DNA of 61,095 bases, counting the filler. It is 5 parts of 5 records of this genome, joined end to end, with 100 filler letters (N's around TTAATTAATTAA, not from the genome) between each part and the next. Parts side by side here need not be neighbours in the genome. Positions count along the whole stretch, not along the records: positions 18,257 to 37,709 come from SRR31156797_6684; 4 more parts are not named here. One strand, written 5' to 3'. This document shows, piece by piece, positions 21,518-31,965 of this stretch (positions are counted from its first letter, which is position 1; each line of letters opens with the position of its first letter). Below the pieces are notes generated by a model, which was given only the letters and a program-made list of their open reading frames with translations, was not told the DNA's origin and did not search any database. Made by a program: the position numbers and the translations under genes.

Positions 21518-23227
21518 TTATCGTTTAATAATTTGGGTGTGGCTGCTAAAACCATCCGAATATTCAGCCTTTAAAATGTAGATTCCCGTCGGTAAATCCG
21601 AAAAATCAATTTCCAGCCTTTCTGAATCAGAGGAAAGCTGTTTCAGTAATTTGCCCTGTAGAGATGAGACTGTAAAATACGCTCTTCCTTCCTTCAGGTT
21701 CCGGATATTTAATTCGTCTGATACCGGATTTGGGAAAACCTGCAAATGGTTCTTGTTAACAACCGATGTCGAAGCATCTTCTGTAACATTAACATGTGCA
21801 GTTAATTGTTTTGCAATCCGGCGGGTTAAAGTGTCATTGTCCAAATCATAGCAAAAAGTTAACAAATCTTCATAAGACCCAAGTGTATCACCGGTGAAAT
21901 CAATTTTAATTTCCCTGTTTTCCCCGGCAGGAATTGATACAGGAAAATCATCCCGGGGAGTAAATAAACCGGTCCGGCTGACGATGTTATTGATCTCGAT
22001 TTCATCAGACAGATTGTTGGTAATGGTTACGGACCCTGTTGTGATATCTCCAGGCTGCACATCTTCAAGTTCAATATTTTCAGCCATAAAATCAAAGGCT
22101 GTGGTTTCCCACGGAAACTTAAATGCCCGGTATGAGACGGCCTCGTATGAAAATTCGACCACCTTGTTGTCGTCCGCATCAAACTCGGTAATGTTCGGGT
22201 CGCCGGTTCCCCAGCCAATATTGGTTCCGCCATTTGGTAAATATTGGGCATTTCCCATTATAGGCCCGTAAATATCCGGGTTGCTGCGTACCCTGTTAAC
22301 CACCAGAACAGTCATGTTTTCTTCATCGAGTTCAAGCTGAAGTGCATTTGAAAAACCAGGATCGTGTCCCCAACCATTATCGAACATTTGGAAATGCCCG
22401 TTTGGTAACCTTCGAATATCATGCTGCCCGGCAAACCCTAATGTGTCGTCTCCAACCCAGGTAAACTGGTTGTTCCTACCACCCAGGCGCCAAATGATAT
22501 CACCGGTGTTCATGTTTATTTTGGTGATCTCGTACATGTTGCGGTTACTGATCAACAAGGTTGAATCTGTATCCATTTCCACTGCATTGGTGTGGGTAAA
22601 ATCAATATAGTTGGGATCAAACAGATCTGCATAAGTATCCAGGATATTAAAATGATCCCAGGCTGACCAGTCGAAAGTAAGCTCGCCGTCAGGCTGTTGG
22701 ATTTGAATTCTCGTTCCTACGCAAGTCACTCCAGGCTGCCCACCCTCAACCACGGTGTCCATATCAACCAACTTCAATTCTACACCAAGCAACAGGTAAT
22801 TTCCATCGTTGAGTATATGAAAGTCGTGAAAATCGATGGGGTTTCCCACATAGCCAACTTCATCCAGTATTTCAAAACTGCTGTTCATCACAATGTGCTT
22901 TTGTGTTTCATTATCATGGTAAGAAAGCAAACCATTGGGCTGTATCTTAAAATCCATGATATCATAATCGAACTTCTGATAAAAAACAGGAGTCCCATAA
23001 TTGTCAGCTATAATCAGATATGGTGTAACATCGGGGTATGCATTCCAGGCTCGCATGTAAGCAAAAAAGAAGTAGTTATTGTCTTTTGGTGTACTGAAAT
23101 GTTCAACATAAATTGTTGCAAAATCATCGGGAAGATCGTCATTTGTCGTAATTGTCTGTGCACGTGTTAATGAGCCGAAAAGAAACAGGGTTACGATATG
23201 GATGATTGCTGTACTATAGATTTTCAT
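21518..23227 (-). CDS. Secreted arylsulfotransferase (ASST)-like protein with Ig-like domain and T9SS type A C-terminal domain
   Basis: Signal peptide; DFHDF, HTNAV, ISNRN, WRLGG, GQHDIR, MFDNG, YRAFK motifs; VFPNP...GIYILK tail. Confidence 0.82.
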   Translation of the reverse strand: MKIYSTAIIHIVTLFLFGSLTRAQTITTNDDLPDDFATIYVEHFSTPKDNNYFFFAYMRAWNAYPDVTPYLIIADNYGTPVFYQKFDYDIMDFKIQPNGLLSYHDNETQKHIVMNSSFEILDEVGYVGNPIDFHDFHILNDGNYLLLGVELKLVDMDTVVEGGQPGVTCVGTRIQIQQPDGELTFDWSAWDHFNILDTYADLFDPNYIDFTHTNAVEMDTDSTLLISNRNMYEITKINMNTGDIIWRLGGRNNQFTWVGDDTLGFAGQHDIRRLPNGHFQMFDNGWGHDPGFSNALQLELDEENMTVLVVNRVRSNPDIYGPIMGNAQYLPNGGTNIGWGTGDPNITEFDADDNKVVEFSYEAVSYRAFKFPWETTAFDFMAENIELEDVQPGDITTGSVTITNNLSDEIEINNIVSRTGLFTPRDDFPVSIPAGENREIKIDFTGDTLGSYEDLLTFCYDLDNDTLTRRIAKQLTAHVNVTEDASTSVVNKNHLQVFPNPVSDELNIRNLKEGRAYFTVSSLQGKLLKQLSSDSERLEIDFSDLPTGIYILKAEYSDGFSSHTQIIKR

Positions 23228-23289
23228 TTTTCAAAATAAAAATCCCATAACCCTGTGTAAAACAAGATTATGGGATTTAGGTTAAACGA

Positions 23290-26136
23290 TTATTCTTTGA
23301 TCAGTTTTCTTGTTATGGAATACTCACCCTCAAAAGTTATTTTTAAAATGTAAATACCAACCTTTTGACTTGTAAAGTTTAAAGTGGTTCTGTTTTGGTC
23401 TGTTGTGATATCTATAACTTTGCTTCCAATCAAGTTAAAGATTTCGATTTGTTTTTGGCCATCTTTATCAACCACAATTTCCAGATTGCCTCTTGTTGGG
23501 TTTGGTATAACTGAAAGGTTTACATCATTCATTTCCGGTATTCCAACGTCTTCGCCGGTTTCAAAGTGTGAGAAAATGGGGTCTGTAATTTCATTGCCGG
23601 CCATATCCATCAGGGCATCTGCAAGAAGCTCTACATAATAGTAATGGTTGGTTTGCAGGTTTTCAACCGGATGAATTGTAACCATGGTTTTTTCATCATT
23701 TATCACACCAATAAATGCCACATCATCGCCATTTTCATCATTCATTTTTAAGTTGAAAAATGCCTGGATGTCATCCGGTGTAATTTCTGAGCCAACAATG
23801 GTTTGAACAGGTTCGTCAAATGTAAATGTGATCATTTGGTTGATGTAAGCTCCGGTAGTGCTGTCAGCCGGGTTAATTTCAACAGTTGGAGCAACATCAT
23901 CAATCGTGGTAAAAGTGCTGCTAATTGCATCCATAATAATATGGCCTTCCTTATCGGCAAAGGTTCCACCCGGAAGTTCAACATAATATTGCATACCGGG
24001 ACTTAGCTCTTCTGACGGAATAATTGTTATATTCCTTTTCCATGCATCAAAATAAGCCCGATACTCAACATCGTTTCCATTCATATCATTTTCCTTGAAA
24101 ATCAATATGTCCTTCAAATCTGCAGATTTTATTGTTGATCCATCAGGGTAAACAAGGCTCTCATTAAATGTCATAGATACTACTGCATCCCTTGCAACGT
24201 CCATGGATCCGTCTTCCGGATTGATGGTGCCAGTCGGGGTATTAACATCTTCAACGTACGCTGTAACAAATATTTGACGTGAAACACGTTGATAAAGCGT
24301 ATCAGAATAATAGGAGTCGTAGTTGAGTGTCAATACATCATCTAACTGCCCTTCTTCGGTGGTGGGATTAAGGTTAAATTGGAAGTTAGCCGTTTCCCCG
24401 GGTTGTATTTCAAGCGGTAGTGGGGTTACAACCTGATAACAATTCAGGAAATTGTGGGTACTGGTTATTTCGATAGGTTGATCGTTATTGTTGGTAATTG
24501 TAAATATTTTTGGCCAGGCCACATAGTCATCATATACCCCAAAATCTGCAGTATCAATACTCGTTTCAAACATATCCGTGGTCCAGTCAAATTTGAAAGC
24601 ACGATAATCCCAAACATTTTCAGTCCAGCCAAAATCCCAAGCAAGTTCTTTGTCATGGGTTACTTCAGAGTAGTTCATTGGCCACGTTAACCCCCAGCAA
24701 ATGAACGCATTGTTATTTTCTAATCTTCGGTGTGCGCCGGTTGCCCTGCCATAAACGATTGGGTCATGCTGATAACTCCAAACTAATTCAGCAGTCCAGT
24801 TTTCAACGTCAAGTTGATATTCAGGTGCCTGAGAAAATGGTGTTGAGTGATAATTACCATTATCATAAACTGTTACATTTCCATTTGCCAGCCTTCTGAT
24901 GTCGTGCTGCCATGAGAAACCAACGGTATCATTCAAAAATGTGAACATGTTGTTTTTGGCATGCAGGCCAAATCTCCAAATTATTTCGCCGGTATTCAAG
25001 TCAATTTTTGTTATTTCTTCCATGTTTCTTAATGACATCAGCATGTTACCATCAAAGTCAATTTCGAATGCGTTGCCATGAACGTAATCAATTCTATCAT
25101 CAAGAAAATCGGTGTGGTTTGCATCAGTAATTTCAAAGTGGTCCCAGCTTCGCCATTGGAAAATAACATTATGATCAGCATCTAGTTCCTGTATGATAAA
25201 CCCGATTACAGTAGCTTCGGGGTTTCCTCCGGGAACAACAGTATCCATATTCACAACCTGAGCATCATAAGCCATCATAAAATGGTTGCCTTCTTCGTCC
25301 ATTAGCAGATCATGCTGGTCTACATGATAACCGTTGCCCATGGTAAGTGTATCGGTGATGTTAAATTGACTGTCCATTACCAGATACCTGTTGATGGATA
25401 CATTGCCATTATCAAAATCGCAGAATGTAAGTTGGTTATTTACGAGTGTCTTAAAATCGTTGTTTCTTCTCGGCCATTGCCTATAATAAACCGGTGTTCC
25501 GTAATTATCAAGGATCGCTGAGTAAGGATCGTAAGGGGCGGCACCCATTGGGCGCGGTGTGCAAAAAATATTACCCGCTGTAGGTGAATCAAACTCGGTT
25601 ACATGTGCCGGAGGGAAACGTTCCGGAAGATTATTGTCTTTTTGGTTGATCGCCGGAATGTTTCGGATTTGCTTGTTTGAATTATATTCATTCGCCAGGT
25701 TTTTCTCTTCTTCCAGGTAATATTCATTTAACATTTCTTCATTATCAATAGGTTTAATCCGGAATGAAAAAGAAATTGCGGGCAGCTCTTTTCCCGATAA
25801 CGTTTTAATGCCGGATGCAACCTGAACATGAATTACTTCATTTAACTGATATGGTCTGTTCGGTTCAAAAATAAGGGTTCTGCCATCCAAAGAAAGTTTT
25901 ATTTCTCCCTGAATATTACCACTTTTACTTGCTTGAAGATTGAATATGTCAGACCGTACAGAGGCCTGATCGAGTACTTCGCCATGTCGTAATGCGATGG
26001 CATTTTCAGGATTAATGTACTTGGAACCGGGCACCGGGCAAACATATTCCCATTGTGCCTGTGCCATGCTGAATAACATAGCAAATGCCAGAAACGCTGT
26101 TAATGTTAGTTTTCTCATTTGGTTAAAATGTTTCAT
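23290..26136 (-). CDS. Secreted ASST-like protein with several Ig-like (Big_5-type) domains and T9SS CTD
   Basis: DQHDL, HGNAF, MSLRN, WQHDIR, YDNG, YRAFK; N-terminal and two C-terminal Big_5-like repeats; IPNP...GIYILK tail. Confidence 0.82.
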   Translation of the reverse strand: MKHFNQMRKLTLTAFLAFAMLFSMAQAQWEYVCPVPGSKYINPENAIALRHGEVLDQASVRSDIFNLQASKSGNIQGEIKLSLDGRTLIFEPNRPYQLNEVIHVQVASGIKTLSGKELPAISFSFRIKPIDNEEMLNEYYLEEEKNLANEYNSNKQIRNIPAINQKDNNLPERFPPAHVTEFDSPTAGNIFCTPRPMGAAPYDPYSAILDNYGTPVYYRQWPRRNNDFKTLVNNQLTFCDFDNGNVSINRYLVMDSQFNITDTLTMGNGYHVDQHDLLMDEEGNHFMMAYDAQVVNMDTVVPGGNPEATVIGFIIQELDADHNVIFQWRSWDHFEITDANHTDFLDDRIDYVHGNAFEIDFDGNMLMSLRNMEEITKIDLNTGEIIWRFGLHAKNNMFTFLNDTVGFSWQHDIRRLANGNVTVYDNGNYHSTPFSQAPEYQLDVENWTAELVWSYQHDPIVYGRATGAHRRLENNNAFICWGLTWPMNYSEVTHDKELAWDFGWTENVWDYRAFKFDWTTDMFETSIDTADFGVYDDYVAWPKIFTITNNNDQPIEITSTHNFLNCYQVVTPLPLEIQPGETANFQFNLNPTTEEGQLDDVLTLNYDSYYSDTLYQRVSRQIFVTAYVEDVNTPTGTINPEDGSMDVARDAVVSMTFNESLVYPDGSTIKSADLKDILIFKENDMNGNDVEYRAYFDAWKRNITIIPSEELSPGMQYYVELPGGTFADKEGHIIMDAISSTFTTIDDVAPTVEINPADSTTGAYINQMITFTFDEPVQTIVGSEITPDDIQAFFNLKMNDENGDDVAFIGVINDEKTMVTIHPVENLQTNHYYYVELLADALMDMAGNEITDPIFSHFETGEDVGIPEMNDVNLSVIPNPTRGNLEIVVDKDGQKQIEIFNLIGSKVIDITTDQNRTTLNFTSQKVGIYILKITFEGEYSITRKLIKE

Positions 26137-26147
26137 TTTATTTGGGT

Positions 26148-27884
26148 TTAATAAGTGATTAGTTTAGTTTTAAGTATTTTGTTATCAATTGTTTGTATTT
26201 GAACTAAGTAAAGTCCGGGCCTTAAGTCCGATACGTTGAAACTAAATTCTGTACTGTTTTCGAATGCTGATACCAGTACCAATCTTCCAGAAAAATCCAT
26301 CAATCGGAATATACCGGAGGTTTGTTCTGTTAAATTTACTATCGCAAGGTCATTTGCGGGATTTGGCCAAATTTCAATTTTAGAGTTGGTATTTTCTGCA
26401 ATTGAGAAGCCTTGCTGAGCCTCAGCTTTTAAAAATACCTGCCGGCCGATACGCTCAGTTTTTGCCTCGTTATCCGCATGAAGGGTTAATGCATCTTCGG
26501 AAATTCCTGCCTCATCAGGTAGGAAAGCTACCGAAATGTTGGCAGTTTCACCAGCCGGGATCATTAGCGGAAATTCGTTTTCGATCTTAAAATTGCCGTA
26601 CCTGAGGTGGTATCCTGTTAATGTAATTTCATAGTCGGCGTGATTTTCTATCGGAATCTGAATTTGTAAAGCTGTATCCGTATAAAGCACACCCAGATCA
26701 AATGTATCAACCACAGGACTGAAAAGCCGTGGTTGCCATTGATGTTTCCATGCCCGGTAGTTGATCCCGTTAAATTTCACCTCGTGGACGACCTCTCCAT
26801 CTTCGGTAAATTCAGTTATGCCAACGCTGTCAGGATATGAGCCGGAACCCCACCCGGTAACGAAGTTGCCGTTATCCAGCATCTGGAAATTACCCATAAT
26901 TGGTCCAAGAATATCAGGATTGCTTCTGAAACGTTTTAGTTGGGTGATCGTTTTGGCTTCTTCGTCAATTTCGTAAACAACGCCACTGGAATAAAAGTCG
27001 GGAGGGGAGTTGAAACGGCCATTATCGAACATGGAGAATATGCCATCTCCGATTTTTCTGATATCGTGTGGCCATGCCCATTGTATGGTATCGTTGGTAA
27101 AGGTGAATTCGTTATTAACGCCTCCCAGCCTCCAGATGATCTCTCCAGATCGCCTGTCGATTTTTGTGATTTCGTTAAAGTTCCTGGCAAGCACGAGTAA
27201 GGAGGTGTCGCTGTCGGGCTCAATGGTGTTAATGTGGGCATAGTCGATAACAGAAGCTGTGAGGTCAACCCACTCCTGGCAGTCGAGCATATTAAAATGA
27301 TCCCAGGTATTCCATTCAAAAATAACGTTGCCCTCAGCATCCCATTCCTGAACAACGTGCCCCATCACTACCGCGTCTTCCTGGCCACCGGGAACCAATT
27401 CACTCATATCTACTACCCTGGTGTCGATGCCCAGGATGAATGTATGCTCCTCTTCGATGATGATTTCATGGAGATCCGTCCAGAACCCGACAGGAGTCAA
27501 ACTGTCAAGCACTTCCATTTTTTCGTTCATCAGGTAGTTTTTGTTGCCCAGGCCACCTGCATAAGTTAATTTTCCGTTGGGCTGCAACTTAAAATCATTG
27601 ATGTTCCGGTGATAAATGCGTTTGAAATAAATGGGATGTCCATAATTATCCATGATAATGATATAGGGATCCAGATTTGAAAACATGCCCCATGATCCAA
27701 ATGGTGCAATAAACAGATTTCCGGGTGAGGGGTTTGTGAATTTTGAAACGGTTATTTCCGGAAACCCATCGGGTAAAGTTGTGTCGGGTTGATTATTTTG
27801 TGAGTAGGCCTGATTGGTCTGGAGTAGGAGTAGGGTTAGGGAAACGACTAAAAATATGTATCTGCTGGTGTAAAATGGTTTCAT
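26148..27884 (-). CDS. Secreted ASST-like protein with Ig-like domain and T9SS CTD
   Basis: DLHEI, HINTI, LARN, WRLGG, WPHDIR, MFDNG, YRAWK; WPNP...GLYLV tail. Confidence 0.82.
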   Translation of the reverse strand: MKPFYTSRYIFLVVSLTLLLLQTNQAYSQNNQPDTTLPDGFPEITVSKFTNPSPGNLFIAPFGSWGMFSNLDPYIIIMDNYGHPIYFKRIYHRNINDFKLQPNGKLTYAGGLGNKNYLMNEKMEVLDSLTPVGFWTDLHEIIIEEEHTFILGIDTRVVDMSELVPGGQEDAVVMGHVVQEWDAEGNVIFEWNTWDHFNMLDCQEWVDLTASVIDYAHINTIEPDSDTSLLVLARNFNEITKIDRRSGEIIWRLGGVNNEFTFTNDTIQWAWPHDIRKIGDGIFSMFDNGRFNSPPDFYSSGVVYEIDEEAKTITQLKRFRSNPDILGPIMGNFQMLDNGNFVTGWGSGSYPDSVGITEFTEDGEVVHEVKFNGINYRAWKHQWQPRLFSPVVDTFDLGVLYTDTALQIQIPIENHADYEITLTGYHLRYGNFKIENEFPLMIPAGETANISVAFLPDEAGISEDALTLHADNEAKTERIGRQVFLKAEAQQGFSIAENTNSKIEIWPNPANDLAIVNLTEQTSGIFRLMDFSGRLVLVSAFENSTEFSFNVSDLRPGLYLVQIQTIDNKILKTKLITY

Positions 27885-27962
27885 AAAATTGCATGTGGTT
27901 TTTCAAAAAGAAGTCATGTTTGTTGCAAAAACCGTGCAAATGTCGTTAAAAATATTTAAGAA

Positions 27963-30800
27963 TCAGATGGGGCGAACAGGTAATGCCACATAAAATGTAC
28001 TTCCTAAATTGCTTTTACTTTCTACCCATATTTTGCCATTGTTTTTCTCGACAAATTCTTTGCAAAGGACTAGTCCCAGACCTGTTCCGGTTTCACCATC
28101 TGTACCTGCATTCGATTCGGGTTTACTCAATACAAAAAGATTTTGAATTTGATTTTCGGGTATGCCTACTCCGTTATCTTTGATTAAAATGAGCATCATG
28201 CCAGGAAAATTCTGGTTTTTTGCGCACTCAACTGTGACAGTTCCGTTAACCGGTGTGAATTTTATAGCATTTGTAATCAGATTGCGGATGACGGTTTTTA
28301 TCATGTTTGGGTCGGCCCAAATCATTTTATTGCACATTCCTGTGCTGATCAATTTTATATTTTTCTTTTCTGCGGCTGTTCTCAGCAATGAAAAGTTCAG
28401 CCTGATAAGGCTTGCATAATCAATAAATTCAGGTTCAAAATTAAGTTTTCCAACCTGCAATCTCGACCAGTCCAAAAGGTTCATTAATAATTCATAGGCT
28501 CCTTCCGACGAAGATTTAATGGAGCTGATCATCGCAATTTTATCATCATCATCAAAATCACCCCATTCATCTGTCAATAATGAGGCAAATCCAATAATGG
28601 CATTAAACGGGTTCTTGAGGTCGTGGGCAATGATGTTGAAGAAACGGTCTTTGGTAGCGTTTGATTCCCGCAGTTGCTTTTCAGATTCCCGCAATAATTG
28701 GTCACTTTGCTTTCTTTTTATTGATAAGCTGATTTGCGGAGAGATCATCTCAAGCAGCTGCTTGTGATAACTCCGAATGGCATTTTCATCCTCGTAATTC
28801 TGAACCACCATCAATCCAAGTACCTCACCTTCAACCATTAATGGTATTCCCAGCCACACTTTTGCCACGGAACCTATCAGGTTGATTTTGCCGGCCTCAG
28901 CCAGTTTCATGATTTCCGGTTCATTCAGGAAAAGGCTTTTCTTTTCACGAATAGCAATCGCACTTAATGTTTTTTCTGCAGGAAAATGGTCGAAACTGTC
29001 TTTTTCGTCCTTAAAATAGGGCAGTTCAAGGGTATTACTCTCAGCATTGAAAAGTGCCAGGAAGAAATTACGGGTATCGATTATTTTGGATAATTCCGAG
29101 CGAATAAGATCGAACAATTCATGTAGTTCGTCAGTAGTTGCTACTGCCCTTGCCACGTTGAGCATTACTTCATTTACCTTGTACGTATTAACCCGTTGTG
29201 TAATATCACGCGCAACAACTATAACAGTTTCATCTGTCAGGGGTGATATTTTTGCTTCAAACCAGTAATCCCTGCCTTTTAAGGTGATTGGATAGTCGAT
29301 ACTCAAGGTTTCCTTTTTCTGAATACTTTCTTCAATACCCTGTCTGAATCTGGATTCCAGTTCAGGTTCCAGGTAATCTTTAAGGTATGTGCCTTCAAGT
29401 TCGTTTGCCGATGAACTTAGTATATCAGGCCGGGTGGGGGCAATATAAAGGTATTTAGCTTCCCGATTGATAATAAAAACCAGATCATCCATCGAGCTGA
29501 GCAGTGTAGCGAGTTCGTTTTTACTTTTGTTTAGCGCTTCCTGTTCTTTGCGTTGTTGTGTGATATCGATCATCGAAACCAACACCCGGTTGTATGGTTT
29601 GTCAGTATCAGGTGCCGCAACCCATCGTATAATGATGTTTTTATAATCCGTTTCCGATAACTTAAAAATGGTCTCATATTCAAATGAGGGTGCATTTTCG
29701 ACGAAACATGTCATGCTTTTGCGCTCTGCCTCGGTCATCAGGTCTTTCAACATTCCTTGCTGGGTGGCGAAAAAATGTGCTTTGCTTTCGGCTCCGAATA
29801 GTGCCAGCCCAGCCTGGTTTATATCAATGATTTTAACTTTTTCACGTATGGTTTGTAATTGATCCGGATGTTGGTCAAAATATTCCTGGACTTTTTCTGG
29901 TGGCAGCTCCAGCCGGTCCAACTCCGATTTGATGTCCGAATAATCAATTTCTATTATCGAAATGGGTGATTTTTCGAATAGGGTTGAATATTTCAGCAGG
30001 TTTTCATGAAGTTGTTTTTCCGCAGTTTTCCTGTCAGAAATGTTTTCGATGGTTCCTTCAAGGATGTAATTTTCAATGCCTTCATCGTACCGGGAGCTTA
30101 TATTTATCCTTACATCCACCGGGTTCATTTGTCGGTCGATAAATACGGTTTCAAATGAGTGAACTGTATTGGAGCCAAGTGTTTCTTTTACAATTGTTTT
30201 CCTAAGTTCGGGCTGCTGATATATGTCCTTACCAATTTGTTTGATATTGGTTAAAACATCTTCAGGCGTTTCGTAACCAAGCATTGTGGCAAGTGCGTTG
30301 TTTACTTCGATAAACCTTCCCTCAGGCAGGCTTCTGAAAAATCCAATAGGTGCATTTCTGAAAATTTGCCTGTATCGCTTTTCTGATGAATTATTTTTAC
30401 CGAATATTTTTTCTCCCCTCGAGGTAAGCCTGATACCAATAATGGTAGCCCCGGTGGTTTCGCCCAGTTCGTTAATATTAAAGTTTAGCGTCCAGCAAAT
30501 GGAGACCTTTTCACCTGATTTTGTCGTGATTTCGGAAATATTGGATCTTACCGTTTTCTCTCGTTTTATCAGATTTTGATATAACGTTTGAAAACGAAGG
30601 CCGGTTTCCTTGGTTCTGAAAAGCCTTTCCCAAAAAAGATTGGTGGCGTTAAGTTCTTCGAATGAATATCCACATAGCTCCTGTGCATATTTATTCATGT
30701 AGATCACCCGTCCATCCTTGTCGATGAGTTGGTACCAAACACCTTCCTTTTCAAGGGTAGGGCTGCTGTAATTTTGGTTGAAAATCCCGGTAACGGTCAT
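27963..30800 (-). CDS. Soluble multi-PAS/GAF sensor histidine kinase
   Basis: Several PAS-like repeats, a GAF region, H-box IIAHDLKNPF, N-box NLITNAIKF, DNGVG, GTGLGL; no TM. Confidence 0.92.
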   Translation of the reverse strand: MTVTGIFNQNYSSPTLEKEGVWYQLIDKDGRVIYMNKYAQELCGYSFEELNATNLFWERLFRTKETGLRFQTLYQNLIKREKTVRSNISEITTKSGEKVSICWTLNFNINELGETTGATIIGIRLTSRGEKIFGKNNSSEKRYRQIFRNAPIGFFRSLPEGRFIEVNNALATMLGYETPEDVLTNIKQIGKDIYQQPELRKTIVKETLGSNTVHSFETVFIDRQMNPVDVRINISSRYDEGIENYILEGTIENISDRKTAEKQLHENLLKYSTLFEKSPISIIEIDYSDIKSELDRLELPPEKVQEYFDQHPDQLQTIREKVKIIDINQAGLALFGAESKAHFFATQQGMLKDLMTEAERKSMTCFVENAPSFEYETIFKLSETDYKNIIIRWVAAPDTDKPYNRVLVSMIDITQQRKEQEALNKSKNELATLLSSMDDLVFIINREAKYLYIAPTRPDILSSSANELEGTYLKDYLEPELESRFRQGIEESIQKKETLSIDYPITLKGRDYWFEAKISPLTDETVIVVARDITQRVNTYKVNEVMLNVARAVATTDELHELFDLIRSELSKIIDTRNFFLALFNAESNTLELPYFKDEKDSFDHFPAEKTLSAIAIREKKSLFLNEPEIMKLAEAGKINLIGSVAKVWLGIPLMVEGEVLGLMVVQNYEDENAIRSYHKQLLEMISPQISLSIKRKQSDQLLRESEKQLRESNATKDRFFNIIAHDLKNPFNAIIGFASLLTDEWGDFDDDDKIAMISSIKSSSEGAYELLMNLLDWSRLQVGKLNFEPEFIDYASLIRLNFSLLRTAAEKKNIKLISTGMCNKMIWADPNMIKTVIRNLITNAIKFTPVNGTVTVECAKNQNFPGMMLILIKDNGVGIPENQIQNLFVLSKPESNAGTDGETGTGLGLVLCKEFVEKNNGKIWVESKSNLGSTFYVALPVRPI

Positions 30801-30972
30801 TTCTGATTCTGATTTAAATCCGGTTTTCGATTGATTAATCCGGTGTATAGCTTACTAACATTAACTAAAACCGACAAAGTTATTAAATATTGATCAATTT
30901 TTGGCCTGGTAAGCAATTAGAAATGAACAAATGTGAAAAACTTTCGTGTGTAAAGTGAAGTTTTCTTTTCGT

Positions 30973-30980
30973 TATTTTTG
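30973..30980 (+). promoter_or_regulatory. Bacteroidota housekeeping -7 element (TAnnTTTG)
   Basis: TATTTTTG upstream of the USP gene; the motif recurs before other genes at 20271, 31928, 33967, 36825 and 37577. Confidence 0.6.
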
Positions 30981-31006
30981 TCAAAACATCAAAACCATTC
31001 ATCGTC

Positions 31007-31882
31007 ATGAAGAAAATTTTGGTACCGGTTGACTTTTCAAACCACACAGACACCGTTTGTAAATATGCGTATGAGATAGCAGCAAAAACAGGTGGTGAGA
31101 TCAGGCTGTTTCATGCATACTTCGATTTTATGATTTCCACAAACACCACATTTCCGTATACCATCGAAACTCCTGACATTTTTAACCAGGAAATGATGGT
31201 TAAGATCCGTGAAGATGCTAAGGCTGATATGCTTAAGCTGCATGCCGGATTAATAAAGGACCTGAAAAAAAACAGGCTGCAAAATGTTAAGGTTGTTTAC
31301 ACGTTAACAGGTGGCTTGCCAGAAGAGGAAATCATCAATATATCGGAAACCTACGACCCTGACCTGATTATTATGGGTACGCGTGGAAAGGGGGAAAAGG
31401 ATTTGCTTACGGGTAAGGTATCATCAAAGGTGGTTCAGAATGCAACATGCAGGATTTTAACCGTACCGAGGGAGGCCGAATATAAGGGCTTTAAAAATAT
31501 TTTATATGCAACCGATTTTAACGATGAAGACCGTTTCGACCTCGAAAGACTGATAGAATTGTTGTCAAATTATAACCCCGTAATTCATTGTGTACATGTT
31601 GATAAGGATAATAATCCGGAAACCGTAAACGAAAAGCTTGAGAGCCTCAAATCGCATTTCGATGCACATTATGGCGAAACCATCATAAATTTCGAAATCC
31701 TTTGCGACGACAATTTTCTGGAATGTATCAATAAATATGTTGAGGAAAAGAAAATTGATCTAGTGGCTGTTGTTCATCGTCGGAAAGGTTTCCTGAAACG
31801 ACTGTTCGTTAAAGACCATACCCGTGAACTGCTGTTTCACTCCAGGGTTCCGCTCTATATTTTCCCAGGAGTGGATGAATAA
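31007..31882 (+). CDS. Tandem-domain universal stress protein
   Basis: KKILVPVDFS, DLIIMGTRG, G..SSKVV; second domain NILYATDF. Confidence 0.92.
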   Translation: MKKILVPVDFSNHTDTVCKYAYEIAAKTGGEIRLFHAYFDFMISTNTTFPYTIETPDIFNQEMMVKIREDAKADMLKLHAGLIKDLKKNRLQNVKVVYTLTGGLPEEEIINISETYDPDLIIMGTRGKGEKDLLTGKVSSKVVQNATCRILTVPREAEYKGFKNILYATDFNDEDRFDLERLIELLSNYNPVIHCVHVDKDNNPETVNEKLESLKSHFDAHYGETIINFEILCDDNFLECINKYVEEKKIDLVAVVHRRKGFLKRLFVKDHTRELLFHSRVPLYIFPGVDE

Positions 31883-31965
31883 TAAAAACGGGATTTTTAT
31901 TCTCCTGACGTTTCCCCCTCTTTGTTTTATCTTTGCCCGCTCATTTCAGAATTTACTGGTTTGGT

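Noticed and set aside
27924-27939. Minus-strand TTGCAC-GGTTT-TTGCA as a sigma54 promoter for the ASST cluster
   Set aside because: The near-invariant GG at -24 is TG, and no enhancer-binding protein is nearby
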